A stretch of 64,000 nt of DNA, from contig OZ024743.1 of the NCBI GenBank assembly GCA_964016885.1, positions 124,558,001 to 124,622,000 of the forward strand. The letters run 5' to 3'. Origin of the DNA: Eledone cirrhosa (lineage: Eukaryota). Both the position numbers and the translations under genes were made by a program. The notes under the pieces were generated by a model. The model had not been told where the DNA came from, did no database searches, and saw nothing but the letters and a program-made list of their open reading frames with translations. This document shows, in pieces, positions 24,931-39,200 of this stretch. Every line of letters begins with the position of its first letter. Position 1 is the stretch's first letter.

Positions 24931-25061
24931 CGTCGGTGGTTTCAATAGGACAATATTTGTAGAGACAGGCAGAACAGGACAAGAAAAGATCAATAATTCT
25001 GTTCCTTAAAGTTGTATATTTTAGACGGACGATAACATTTTCTAATCTATGAGAATTAGAT

Positions 25062-25097
<36 letters not shown>

Positions 25098-25303
25098 TGC
25101 TTGAGTGTGTGTGTGTCTGTTTCAGTGTGTGTGTAATGCGCGTATGTGTGTGTTTGAGTGAGTTTTATACGGATATAGACACATACAGACACAAAGATAC
25201 CCATGCACACATATATCTATACACATGCTCTCTCTTACACACATTTATGCACACACATTAATTACTCTCTCTATATATATATATATATATCTCCCTCTCT
25301 CCC

Positions 25304-25387
<84 letters not shown>

Positions 25388-25536
25388 ACATACATATGCA
25401 AACATTCTCTTACTCAAGCTCTTTATCTCTCTCTGCCTGCCTCTTTGTCTTATACACAATCACACACTCTCTTATTTAAACATCCTCTTACACATGCATA
25501 CACACAAATGTACACACTTTAACAGCAACAACAACA

Positions 25537-25586
<50 letters not shown>

Positions 25587-25919
25587 ATTAAAGTAAACAA
25601 TTCTAGATCAATAATGTACAACAAACCACAAAATGCATCAGAGTCTCCATTTCATTGGGTTTGTTTTTTAGTAAATAATTGCAAATGTTGTTGTTGTGTG
25701 TGCATGTATGTGTGTGTTTGGTTGTAGTAGTTGTATGTGGAGGACAGTGAGTTGAAGAAGAGTTAGAAGACCACCGAACAAAATAATGTCTGTTACATTG
25801 TTATCTCCTTTCCTTTTTATATTTTTAGTGCAAATTCCGCCAGGTTGTTGTTCTCGTTGTTGGTTTTTAGCCCAATGACAGTCCTAATGAAACAGATTTA
25901 TATTGGTTTCTAATAAGTT

Positions 25920-26100
25920 CTAAATTAGGAACAAGACTTACAATTTGTGAGAAGAAAGTTGATTATATCAACACCAATATTTACCAGGTTCTTTATTTTA
26001 CTGGGCTCGAAAGGAAGAATGGTAAAGTTGATCTCGACAGGATTTGAACTCAGAATGTAAAGAGCAGGAAAAAATGCTACAAAGCATTTTATCCGACGAT
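25920..26100 (-). mobile_element. Degenerate SINE
   Basis: aaagttgatctcgacaggatttgaactcagaatgtaaagag matches the reverse-complemented SINE. Confidence 0.65.
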
Positions 26101-26377
26101 CTAATTTGAATCTGGCTCGAATGCTTGCAACAAAATGAACACTTCTAAAGGCAGGTATGACACCAGGTCGAGGTGTTAAAACAGGCGATGAATTAGGTCA
26201 ACCTTGCAACAAGTCTGAATGCAAAGTACCTGAACAAATATCATAAGTCATTTTATTTCACGCTTTAACTGTTCTGTCCATTCACTACCTACCGAAATGT
26301 TCTGCATACTTTCATATAAATGCTGTGAAGTATATTTATTGTGCTATATTCCATACTGAATTCAAAATATACTAAAG

Positions 26378-26668
26378 CAGTCATGGGCAACCTGCGGCCC
26401 GCGAAACTTTCTGAATGGCTCACCTAAGTCACCTAAGTGAAATCTTTCAGATTTTTTTACCCCAAGTTTTCAGTCGTAATTTATCTTTCTATCATTTTTA
26501 GGATCGAGAAAAACAACTTGTATGAATTCTGAAGAAGCAAATCAAAACAACCTGAGTTACCACCATTTTTTTAAATGTGAGTATGAATGTAAATTAGCGC
26601 TTGCGACCCGCCTGATGATGAGCTATCTCTCATGCGGCCCACTTCTCGAAAAAGGTTGCCCATGCCTG
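26378..26668. mobile_element. hAT-superfamily MITE
   Basis: TIRs cagtcatgggcaacc / ggttgcccatgcctg; subterminal tgcggccc motifs; 8-bp TSD tactaaag/cactaaag (7 of 8). Confidence 0.88.
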
Positions 26669-26779
26669 CACTAAAGTCAACATTACTTTCATTTCGCCTC
26701 CGAGTTGATAAAACAAGCCCCAGTCACAGACCTCCTCAAATCTATGAGCCAATGGAAACCTTCTAACTATTGCTAGTGA

Positions 26780-28335
26780 ATGATTGATCCTAAATATCGT
26801 AGGTTAACAACTGGGGCATCAACTTACAGAGAGATTAGTAAGAAGATCAGGAAAGGCATAAAGAAGGCTAAAGAAAAATGGATATTGAAACAATGCACAA
26901 AAATGGGAGAGAAGTTGTACAGGAACAACAGCAAGAGGGCCTTTAAAATTGTGAAAGATCTCATAAAACAGAGACATTCAAGTGTCAGCAGGAAAGTGTA
27001 AGCAAGGAAAGTGCCTCACGGAAGAAAACAACATAATCAAGAGACGGAGAGAGCACAAAGTTGTACAACCACCAGAGCCATCGAGACCCCAGTGTGCTTA
27101 TCAATCAGCAATTGTCAAACAATGATGACTGCCCATTCCTGCTTGAAGAAATGAAGGCAGTAATAAAATCGTTTAAAATAAAATAAAAAAAGCAGTTAGA
27201 ACAGAAAACATTCCAGCAGAACTGATAAAACATGGAGCAGAGGCAGTAATTGACGTTCTCACTAGAATCTGGCAGACCTGAATAATGGCGAACACCTTGG
27301 ACTCGGTCACTTATTACAACGCTCTCCAAGTAAGGCAATCTACAACAATGCCAAAATTATATAGCCATCAGCCGTATAAGCAACGCAAAGTGATGCTGAT
27401 TTCGGAAGCGGAAGAAGCATGACAGAACAGATTTTCAATCCGAGAGTGTTGTGTGAGACGTACAACCAACAGCAACAAGACACTTACCACGTATTTGTCA
27501 ACTTCAAGAAAGCCTTCGATAGGATGTGGCACAATGCTCTATTGGTGACCACGAAGAAATATAACATGGGCCAAAATATCATCCACACCATACAACAGCT
27601 GTACGTGATGGTCTTAAGTGCGGTACTTGTCCATGGCATAGTGGGAGACTGGTTCTACACATCAGTAAGCGTTCGATATTGTTGTCTCTTCGCCCCGACT
27701 CTATTCGACAACTTCCTTGAACGAATTAGGACCAACGCCCTAGAAGAGAATTCCGGCGCAATCAGGTTCCCCGATAAAATTGATGGGCTGGTTGAAAGTA
27801 AAAAGGAAATTGCCGAACTGGTGAACCGCCTGGATGTAACATCAGCCAGATACAGCATGGAGATCAGCACCGAGAAAACCAAGCTGATGGCGAACACCAG
27901 AAAGCCAATAGAGAGAATGGTCACAGTCAGTGGTCAGGAGCTGGAGACTGTGACGTAGTTCAAGTACATTGGTGCCATCATCAATCAAGAGGAATCAAGG
28001 CCAGAAGTCCTTGCATGGCGTGCTCTAACAGCCACAGCACTTGTCAAATTGTAACCACTCTGGAGAGACAAGAACACCACTCTCAGGTGCAAAATAAAAC
28101 ACCTGCGTATGTTGCTCCTATCCATCTTTCTACATGCATGCGAGTCATGGACCCTGACTGCTGAACTGCAAAGAAAGATCCAAAGTGTGGTGATGAAATA
28201 CTATAGAAGAATCTTAGGAATCACCCACACAGAACACGTCACGGACGAAGATGTTTGTAAAAGAATCACCCAGCACGTGAATCACTCTGAAGATCTGCTG
28301 ACCACGATGATGAGGTTGAAACTAATTATATAGAC
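26780..28335 (+). mobile_element. Old degenerate RTE-like LINE RT fragment
   Basis: ORF 27419-27958 (HVFVNFKKAFDRMWH, MEISTEKTKLM); FKYIG at about 27960; 28109-28333 (ACESWTL..RRILGI). Confidence 0.85.
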
Positions 28336-28802
28336 ATGGAATAAAATAAAATGTTAAGTCAAGACAAAGAGAAGCAAAAAGTCATCGACAAGGTTACATA
28401 CTCTATGACGAAAGCGCTTTAACAATTAAGAAATTAGTTGATTGGCAGGCTAACTAATTGATGAATGGATTAATTACCTTATTAATAGTAAAAACTGAAA
28501 AGAATTTCAAGCGGTAGGCGAGTTATAATTGGCAACATGGCTCTACCAAAGTAAAACACTAAATTGTTTCGACATACGATTTCACATCAAGAATCTGGCA
28601 AAGCAAATACAAAAAGGAAGTATTGTATTAAGATATATTTAAGAAAACTATTAATCATATAATGTATATTTTTGTCATATTTTGTGGCAAATTCGCCTAC
28701 GTGATATTTTTTGACAACAATATTTTATTTACGAGATAGTAAATCAAGCAAAATTTGCTAAATGTTCACCTCACCTATGTTTATTATTATTACTGCTATA
28801 TA

Positions 28803-29230
28803 TGGTAGTGGATTGTCAGCATCGGTAGAACATCGGATAAAATGTTATGTGGCATAGAGTTACGGTCCTTTACGTTCTGAGTTCAAGTTCCGCCTAGGTT
28901 AGCTTTGCTTTTCATATTTCGGGGTTGATAAAATAAAGTACCAGTAATGCATCGGGGTCGATTTAATCGACTTTCCCCTCCCCTAAAATGATTGGCCTTG
29001 TGCTTGAATTAGAAACCATTATTGGCAGTATCGGTAGAGGGTCGGACGCCATGCTTTCTAGCATAGTTACGTCCCTTTACAGTCTGAGTTCAAATCCCGC
29101 CGAGGTTAGCTTTGCCTTTCATCCTTACGGGGTCGATATGATAAAGTACGAGTAACGCAGTGGAGTCGATTTAATAGACTTGCATCTTCCATTCAAATTG
29201 CTCGCCTTGTGCCAAAAGTAACAACAGTTA
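28803..29230 (+). mobile_element. Two tandem SINE copies
   Basis: 28803-29020 and 29021-29230 both match 3152-3339. Confidence 0.85.
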
Positions 29231-29300
29231 TTACTGTTATGTGTTAAGTGAGGTAAAAGTCGACATGGTTTCATGTAGTATGATTCGGTTTAGTTTAACA

Positions 29301-30421
29301 CTAGCAGAATGGCCCGGCGTTGCTCGGGATTCTAAACATGTTTATCCCTCCTTTCTGAAACAGTACAGAGAAGTACGAGATACCTCGACCTGGGGATGGT
29401 GTCTACATTTTGTGCTATGAAAAAAATTCGTCGTAGATTACCAGGGGTTTAACTTAATTGGGTGCCTGAGAGTAAAATGTTCAACCCACGAAAGCCAAGA
29501 CAATAGGGTTAAGTAAAAAGGCATTCGACAAACCGAACATGTATTTGTTGTGCTATGGTACAATGAAAGCAATAGTTACAGAGCAGTAAGCATGTGGGAC
29601 TGCAGTGGTGGAGAGTGGTGTGGTCTTACTCCTTTCAATGTTTCGTTGTATGTTCACCAATTGATATATATATACACACTATATACACATATATACACAC
29701 ACACACAGATAGTTTCATAATGTCGTAATGCAGACAGCCAGACAGATATTATAAGGGCGCGACCTTATAGCTATGTATCTATCTAAAAAGACAGACTAAG
29801 AAAAGAGAGAAAGATCACTAAACGGCGCCTAATGCGGTCCCTAGGGCATTGAAAATTTGAAATATTTTTTGCTCAAAACACTCACACGACCATAAGTATT
29901 ACATGTGTAAAGTTTGAAAAAATTCGGTTGGGTGGTTCTCGAGCTTTAGGGAGTCAGACAGACAGACATTCTCTATGTTAGATATATAGACTAGCAGAAC
30001 GGCCCGGCGTTGCTCGGGATTCTAAACATAGATTGGCATGTTTATTCCTCCTTTCTGAAACAGTTTCGTCGTATGTTCACCAATTGATGCAGAAGTCCTA
30101 ATAAAAAGTGAAGTCGCCTTGGGTGAATAGGCAAATAATTTTCCATTACAATTTTTTAAAAGCATGTAATTGCGTTCCCTCTCTGTTTTGTTGTTGTTTT
30201 TGCTGCTGTGGAGCATCGTGAAATAAATACGTTTGTTTATATTTTGTTATTGTGTATGCAAACATATCTGTACACGAATATATAATATATATATATATAT
30301 ATTAAAATAACAGATTAAAGTTTACGCAAAGAATCGATGCTTTCACCCTTAACGGGATCTTCTGAAACTAAAAATCAGTCTATGAACACAGAAGTAAATA
30401 TTTCGAAAAACGTTACACACA

Positions 30422-30479
<58 letters not shown>

Positions 30480-30813
30480 TATATATATATACATACACAC
30501 ACACACACACACACGGATAGCGTCATAATGTCGTAATGCAGGCAGCCAGACAGCCAGACAGATATTATAAGGGTGCGACGTTATATCTATGTATCTATCT
30601 AAAAAGACAGACTAAGGAAGAGAGAGAGAGATCGCTAAATCGCCTAATACGGTCCCTAGGGCATTGAAAATTTGAAATACTTTTTGCTCAAAACACTCAC
30701 AGGGCCATAAGTATTACATGTGTAAAGTTTGAAAACAATCGGTTGGGTGGTTCTCGAGTTTTAGGGAGTCAGGCAGACAGACTGACAGACATTCTCTGTT
30801 TAAGATATATAGA
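29301..30813 (-). mobile_element. Head-to-tail pair of non-autonomous Helitrons (29301-29990 and 29991-30813)
   Basis: Each unit on the minus strand runs 5' TCTATATATC ... hairpin cccgagcaacgccggg, CTAG 3'; the array lies between A (29300) and T (30814). Confidence 0.88.
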
Positions 30814-30904
30814 TTACAAATAACTCATGATGGTTCGCGCGTCAGAATGTACTTGATTTTAATAATATTCTTTATATTATAAATATATATGCTTGGGTGT
30901 ATGC

Positions 30905-30927
30905 ACACACACACAGATACACACACG

Positions 30928-30972
<45 letters not shown>

Positions 30973-30985
30973 GCGCGCACGCACG

Positions 30986-31076
<91 letters not shown>
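30905..31076. repeat. (CA)n microsatellite
   Basis: Seen directly. Confidence 0.98.
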
Positions 31077-31079
<3 letters not shown>

Positions 31080-31284
31080 TAAATGGCCAGTACCTGTTAA
31101 AAAAATAAAATACCAGTGAAGAGTTAGGGAATTGTTAATGAGTTGGTATCTGCGGTTACTCTGTGCATTCTAAGTTCAAATTCAGTTTCCTTCAGCCAGA
31201 TATTGCGGCTGAGAGTATAAATTTGTTGTTGTTGTTGCTATTGCTACTGGTCGCGAGAACACATAGAGAACTCCTGATTAATAA

Positions 31285-31460
31285 TGGTTTTTAACACAGG
31301 CACAAGGCCTAAAATTTTGCGGAGAGTAAGGACGATTAAATCAACACTGGTGTGTGAGTAGTACTTTATATAATCGACTCCAGAAGGATGAAAAGTAAAG
31401 TTGATCTCAGCGGGATTTAAGTTCAGAATATAAAGAGACGTAACTGAATATATAAAAACA
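31285..31460 (-). mobile_element. Degenerate SINE
   Basis: gtacttt..atcgactccagaaggatgaaaagtaaagttgatctcagcgggattt. Confidence 0.7.
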
Positions 31461-32413
31461 CAGTTTCAGTGTTACTTGATTTTCGTGCAAAGCCTCGCTC
31501 TAATTTATATCTTATCAAAGACCTCCTGCAGCGTTTTTCGTATCACTTCCTCTTCTTTATAACAGATTTTAATCTTTTCAATAGCCTCCTTGTCTCTCTT
31601 TGGCCAATAAACCATCCAGAATCCCTGCAAATTTGATATAATATTCTCTATAATCCCTCCCACTAAGATATCTTCAAGCGTCCAATCAGCTTGGAAACTT
31701 TAGTATACTGGGTCACACTATCGTATACTTCTGCTGAACTTTCCCTCCAACAGTTTAAGCCGTTATAAGCTATTGTTTACTTTGTAAATAGATATAAACT
31801 ATTGTTAATAAATAACTGTAAATAAATAGATATAAACTGTTGTTTCCCTTCTTCACATTCGTTAAAATGTTTTTTTTTTCTTACTTTTATCTTTTAAAAC
31901 GCATACCAACTTTACTCTCCACTCACCAACGACAGGGTCTTTACTCAGACGTTGGATTGGTTAAAATAGCAGCCAAAATTCCTTCATATTTCACCTTCTT
32001 CTTCTTGCTCTTGCTCGAAGAGGCCGGGGTCATCCTAAGCCATCGATCCCAAATCATCGTCGTGCGTAGAGCTCCTTAATGTCTATAAAAACAGGACACA
32101 TTGGACAGTGTAGTACTGGACATACAATGAGACAGAATGGTCGCAGCTGAAATACCTTTTATCATTGGGCTGACCCGAAGCTAAACTTCGTTCTTCATTA
32201 CACATTTATAGATTTTCCTAATTAAACGATTTACATATACAAGTTAAAGTTAAAAGCTATCAACCTCATCAAGCCAGAACTGAATCTCCAATTTAATTTT
32301 ATCAACGGTGTTAAGCGATTGAGAATTCAAGACATGACGTCAGTTTATCGCAGGGTCAACTTCTAGCTCCTGTTGGTGCTTATTTTCAGCTGACTGTCCA
32401 GGAGCAACGTCAA

Positions 32414-32467
<54 letters not shown>

Positions 32468-32599
32468 ATAATAATATTTTTTTTCTTTCCAATTCAATTA
32501 TGTTCCAAAGCAATATAAAAGAGATAATTGGCAATAAGGGCTCTGGAACAAAAGAGATAATTAGCAATAAAGGCAGGGGCCCCAGGGTATCAAAGCCTG

Positions 32600-35500
32600 G
32601 GCCCGCTCGTCATCGTGCCACTGTAATAGAGCCAAACAAGAAATTTGATATTGGCATATTGGCTGCTGGAACGTACGGACGCTGCTTGACAGGGATTCCT
32701 CCGAACGTCCTGAACGAAGGACCGCTCTTGTTGCAAAGGAGCTTCGTCGTTACGATCTTGACATCGTGACTTTATCCGAGACGAGGTTAGCATTTTGTGG
32801 AGGATATACTTTCATCTGGAAAGGAAGAGATGAAGGAACCAGAAGAGAGGCTGGGGTAGCATTTGCTGTTACGACTGCTCTTGTAGATAAATTAGAAGAA
32901 TTCCCAGTGGGGATTAGTGAGCGTCTTATGTCCATGAGAATTCCGCTGGACAAAGGAAGATATGCGACCCTGGTGAGTGTGTATGCTCCAACTATGAATT
33001 CTATCGATGAAGAAAAAGTGTCTTTCTACTATGCCTTGAAAGGTATTTTAAGAAATATCCCTCAGGCAGACAAGGTCATCGTGCTTGGTGACTTTAATGC
33101 TAGAGTGGGTAGGGATTTTAGCACATGGAATGTAATCGGAAGGCATGGGGTGGGAAAGTGTAACAACAATGGTATGCTCCTGCTGCAGATGTGTGAGGAA
33201 CTGGATCTGTGTGTTACCAACACCATGTTCCAACAAAAGAACAAATTTAAGACCACATGGATGCATCCTGCATCTAAGGAATGGCATCTTTTGGACTACG
33301 TCCTTGTCAGGATGCGTGACAGACGGAATGTGCAGTGTGTTCGTGTTCTTGGTGGGACTGAGTGCTGGACGAACGACCGCCTGGTACGTGCAAAAGTGAA
33401 ACTAATCACAAAACGTAAAATCCGGGCTCCTGGTGTTACACTGCCTAGGAAACTGAATGTTGCTCGTCTTAGAGATAATAATGTGGAGAGGACATTGCGA
33501 GAAAAGATGTATGCTGCAGATTTTAGTGAGGATTGGCCGACCCTTAAAAAATCGGTTTATGATGTAGGCAGGCATGTTCTGGGATAGGTGCAGAGAAAGC
33601 ATCAAAACTGGTTTAATGAAAATGATGAACATATAGATGATTTGCTGGCTGATAAGAGGCGTGCCCTGCCACGCTACCCGGAAGCAAAATCACAAGAGAA
33701 GCATATGTTGCATAAGGAACTCAAGCATGTGAAATCATGTGTGAGGCGGAGGCTTTCTCAGATGAAGGATAAGTGGGGAGTGAGAAAGCTGATGAGATAC
33801 AAGCTGCATCAGATTCCAATAACACAAAGCTGTTGTACAGTCTTTTGCGTGAAGTTTATGGATCGTCTTCTTCTCTGGTGACACCGCTTCGCAGCAAGGA
33901 TGGCAAGGAACTTATTCGTGACTCACAAGGAATTCTGCGAAGGTGGCGAGAACACTTTGATGAACTTTTGAATCAGCTGTCTGTCATCAATGAAGATTTC
34001 CTCAATCTCATTCCTGAAAAAAACTGTGAAGGTAGCTCTCGCAGAACCACCGACGCTTGTAGAGGTTGCAGTAGCTATCTCGAAGCTGAACAGTGGAAGG
34101 TCTCCAGGTATGGAAGGCATACATGCAGAGCTCCTACAATATCGCGGTGAGAGACTTCTACAACATCTTCACTCTTTGTTTGGTAGGATATGGGCTAGTG
34201 AATCCATACCTGAGGACTGGAGAGATGCAGTAATGGTAGTCTTATTCAAGGGAAAAGGTAACAAGAATGATTGTGGAAGCTACAGAGGTATATCATTGCT
34301 TTCTGTCGTAGGAAATATTTTATGTAGGGTGCTTCTGGACCGTCTGCTGACACACATTGCAGATTGTGTTCTTCCTGAAAGTCAATCTGGTTTTCGTGCT
34401 GGACGCGGCACTACTGATATGATCTTCTCAGCTAGACAGCTCCAGGAGAGGTGCATGGAACAAGGTTTGGATCTGTATCAGTTTTTGTTGATCTGACAAA
34501 ATCTTTCGATACTGTTAACAGAAATGCATTGTGGAAGGGTCTCCAGAAACTTCGTTGCCCTGATAAGTTCCTTGCTTTGGTTAGATCTTTCCATGATGAC
34601 ATGAAGGTTTGGGTTAATGTCAGAGGTAACATGTCGGAGCCTATCTCAGTAAAAAATGGAGTGAAACAGGGTGATATTCCAGCACCGACCCTGTTTGTCA
34701 TATATTTTGCAATGGTTTTCTATATTGCATTCAAGAATTGCGAGCATGGAGTTTACATCCGATATCGAACCCCAGGCAGCATATTTAACATCAGGCACTT
34801 TGCTCCCAAAACAAAAGTATTTACATCAATCATAAGGGACCTCTTGTATGCAGATGATTGCGATCTTGTAACGCACTCAGAGATTGATATGCAGCACATT
34901 TTGAATGCATTTTCTGAAGCTTGCACTGTCCTAAGATTGACTGTCAGTTTCAAGAAAACCGTCGTCATGTATCAACCTTCCCCTGGTAAGCAGTACAGTG
35001 AACCAAATATCTATGTGTATGGTAAACGACTTGGAGTGGTTGATCATTTTGTCTACCTGCGAGCCACTGTCAATCGATACAGCAATCTTGATAATGAAAT
35101 TCGACTCAGGATTAGGAAAGCAAGTGATGCTTTCGGAAAACTAGAAAGGCGCCTCTGGAGTCGGCGAGACATATGCAAAAAGCAAAGGTAAAGGTGTACG
35201 AGGCATGTGTGTTCTCTTCTTTATGCCTGCGAGACCTGGGTCACATATCGACACCACCTTAAACAATTGGAGCGTTTCCATCAGATGTGTCTCAGACGGA
35301 TCCATGGCGTTCACTGGAGGGACCACATCAGTGATGTCGAGATTTTGGAAAGCTCTCTGTGTGAAAGTATAGATGCTCTTGTGCAAAGTATAGAAGCTCT
35401 TGTGCAAAGACTTCGATGGAGTGGTCACCTTGCCAGGATGAAAGATTCCAGAATACCAAAACAATACTTTTATGGAGAGTTAGTTAAAGGAAAACTACCT

Positions 35501-36040
35501 CCACATAAACCGAAAAAGAGGTATAAGAATTCGTTGAAAGCCTCTTTGAAAGACAATAACATCTATGCTGGTACACGAGAAAACGTAGCTGCTGATCGTA
35601 ATAAATGGAGAAAGACTGTACATGAGGGGAAAGTTGCCTTTGAGGCATATCGAATCGCATACGAGAAAGTAAAAAGGGATGTGAGGAAGGGCATTGCTGT
35701 TGCATTTCCAGACAGTGAAGGTCCTCCTATGGTGCTGACATGCAGCGTCTGTGCGAGACCGTGCCTCAGAAAAACTGGACTCGAAAGTCATCTTCGCAGT
35801 CATAAATTGAGACCAGTGGTTGACTACCAGGCTGCTGTTGGAGATGCTACTCATCATGCTTGCCAAGCATGTGGTAGATAATGTAGATCAGCAAGAGGAC
35901 TCAAATGACATGCAAAAGTACATGAACTCCAACCAAAGCCGGCTACTGCCAGTGAATGATTTGGTTGCCAACTCTGTGCAAGACATTTTAGATCATTGGC
36001 TGGGCTAAAAAGTCACAATCGACCGCAGCACCTTAATTGT
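32600..36040 (+). mobile_element. RTE (BovB-like) LINE: APE, RT, C-terminal C2H2 fingers; frameshifted
   Basis: WNVRTL at about 32668; APE 32766-33587 (LSETR, SVYAPT, GDFNARVG, LLDYVL); RT 33990-35191 (ESQSGFR, KQGD, YADD); RLRWSGHLARM and C2H2 in 35207-35881. Confidence 0.94.
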
Positions 36041-36151
36041 TATAGTGTGTGTATAAGTGTGTGTGTGTGGGGGGTCACGTTGTGTCTGTGTGTATGTGTG
36101 ATGTATATGTATGTGTATATGTATGTGTGTATGTGTGTGTGTATATATATA

Positions 36152-36152
<1 letters not shown>

Positions 36153-36200
<48 letters not shown>
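36153..36200. repeat. (TTA)n microsatellite at the 5' junction of the Tx1-like element
   Basis: Seen directly. Confidence 0.97.
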
Positions 36201-39200
36201 GGTCTGTTCGGACGTCTTTTTGCTCGCTCCCAGTAAGTCGCTTTATTTACCTGTTATAATTATTTGTTGTTTAATTTTACCTGTTGTGTAAGAGATATAA
36301 GCCCTTGGACTTTGCCCTGTGAAGGGGAAAGTATAATATTTGGGCCTTTTGGCCCAAATTTTTTAACAATATTTGAACATTTTACTTTTAAAAATTAAAA
36401 AAAAAACATGGCTGAGCTACGCCCCCCCCCCCCCAGCAATATATCTACTGTCGTGTGACAACGGCGTAAAAGTTGAGAGGAGGGTCACAGAAATTGATAC
36501 AACAAACACCACCACAAAGAACGTGAACAAAGACAACAACACTGAGAACACTAATCTTTAAAAAATGACCACACCAACTACAACAATAACAGCGACAACC
36601 AAAGTACAGACAACAGAAAAAAATGACAACAAATGCAACAACGATATTAACACCACTAACAAGAAAATAAAGAACGACAACACCAACAACAACAACAATA
36701 CAAACTGCACAGAAAACAACAACAACGGTGGCACCAAAAACACAACCAACTACAACAGTGATAACAGCAAAAACACCAACAACACCGTTTGTAGCAGTAG
36801 CAAGAGCAACAGCACCAACAACAAGACCAGTAGCAGCGGTAGCGGCAGCAATAATGGTGCCGCTGAAAAAGGGGCCACTTCTTTCGCAGGTGTGACCCGA
36901 AATATAGAGACAGTGCTAGTCACGGAGGAGAAGATCGCAGTCGCAAGAGCCATGGTGTCAAGAAACGACAATAGAGTTTCCCTGAAACCTGCAGCCGATT
37001 TCTTCAAAGACCAGCAGCTGCGCACGGTGACTTATCGCACCGTAAGCAAAATGTCACATCGGGTGGAGAGAGTCATGGAGGCTCAAATCCAAAAGGCCTT
37101 GGGGTGCATCTGGGCGCGCAAAATCCACATCACCCGAGGCAAAAAATACGCCACAGTAGACGTACTTTTCGCCACGCCCAAGAGGCAAAGTCTCAATCTT
37201 TGGAAACCCTAAAGAGTGAGGAGATAGTCTTGGTGCCCTCCTACTGCCGGCAGAAAATTGTGAGGGTCAAAGTGACCCAGGTCCCGCCCGACGTGCCCAT
37301 ACCTTGGCTGGCCGCGTCTGTACTTGCTGGAATCGAGGAGAAGACCACCATACTGCAAATACAGAGAATGGGAAGAGAGAACTGGTCAGGAATAGGCATG
37401 CAAATGCTAATACAAACTGACCAGGAGTGCATCGAGGCCATCCCAGATATCATAGACCTCGAGGAAGGATTCCAACTCCCTATAAGCGTGGAAGGAAGGC
37501 GCCCAAAGTGGTATCTCTGTGGGCAGAAGACAGCCAAGAAGAGGGCCGCCCTCCTTCTGACGCCTGATCCGCTGCTACCAAGAGCAGGGCAGGCAAGAGA
37601 GGCAGAAGACCATTCCATGGTGAGTAGGGGGGCAACGTCCATGACACCCAAACCAAGGCCACAGACAACTAAAACAGCGGCAGCAGTGGCGGAAACACAA
37701 ACAGTCGCTACACCGGCGGCAAAATCACCGGAGCGGGCTCCACTACGACCACCAACAGAAGTAGAGCTCATACCCCTCCCAGACACCACGGAATCCGACA
37801 TGGAATATGAGGCGGGGGGGGGGGGGGGGGGCAAACGGTCTGCCACAAAAAACAAAAAACAAAAAAACCCTTAGCTTCACCCTCCAAAAGCGAAGGCAAA
37901 CAAAGAGGGGAAAAGGCTGCAAGGAGACTTGCAGCAACACTACCACCACCATCACCACCACAAGCCTCACCACCAACAACAACCACACCACCACCAGCAT
38001 CACCAAAAACACCAACATCGTAAACACAACAAAGCACACACACCCAACAGCAACAACAAGAAAACAGCAACAAAACCACCCCTCCCCCCAAAAAGTACAC
38101 AGCCATAAACATGGCAAATAAAGAACTCTTACAACATATAAAGTAGCACACAGACATCACAGAAAAAATTACTGCACCCCACCAACACCAAGAACTCTCC
38201 AGAAAAATATAAACATTATTGAAATTAAAATAGAACATTACAAACTTTTAAAAGAAAAATTCCCCAACGCAGTTGGAGACTTCAAAGGGTCGGTTACCAA
38301 GAAGATATACACCGACATCATCTTGGAAACACCCATGACCAGCCAAATGGACGGTTTGACTGTCTCTTCTCCACACGATCAAGGTAAATGATCTTTCTCA
38401 CTTACCCCGTTTCTCATCCAACATGGCCGTACTTAGAATAGGCAGTATAAATGTACGTGGCCTGGGGGGTCATCTAGGAAATAGGGTCACCTGCTGAACG
38501 ACTTCAGGTCACTAAACATAGCTGTGGTGGCCATCAGCGAGACCAGAATCTCCGAAGCACGAGCCTTCGTACTGATCTTCGGCGGCTACGATGTATACGC
38601 ATTTCCCAGCCGTCCAGGATCGGGGGGAGGAGTTGCTGTGCTTTTTCGGAGAGGCTTGGATCTCACCTTACAGGCCATCTTCCTGGACCCAGAAAGTAAG
38701 TCGGTGGTGCTGGGTGTGACCGGCAGCGAAGGCATGCTTTCAGGCTAGTAGCCGTCTATGCCCCAACAGGGCCAGGACGGACATATTTCTTCAGACGTCT
38801 AGAGACCTTTCTTGGAACGTCCCGCTCTTTAGTGTTAGTGGGCGACTGGAACGGGATCTTAGATGCACGCTGGGATTATGTGGGGCTAGTAGACAGGGAA
38901 GGAGGGTGTAAAAGCCTCAACAACCTGCTCAGACGTTTTGAACTGTATGAAAGGTATAGACTGGATTATCCGAATGTGCCAATGTGGACATGGGCAAACC
39001 GCATCGGATCATCCAGATCGTATTTAGATAGGGTATTCTGTAGGGAAACATAAGGCTAGTGTAGGTTGTCCAAAATTTAAAGTAGTCGACTACACAGATC
39101 ACAAATTTGTGATCTGTGAAGTTGACTTAGATAGACTCCATAGGCAAGGGCCCGGCTACTGGAAGCTGAACGAGTCGTTCCCGGCGCGCAAAGCTTACAG

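Noticed and set aside
31480-31760. Possible coding remnant on the minus strand (also 22440-22740 and 23700-24300)
   Set aside because: No motif I can recognise; probably decayed repeats, left unannotated.
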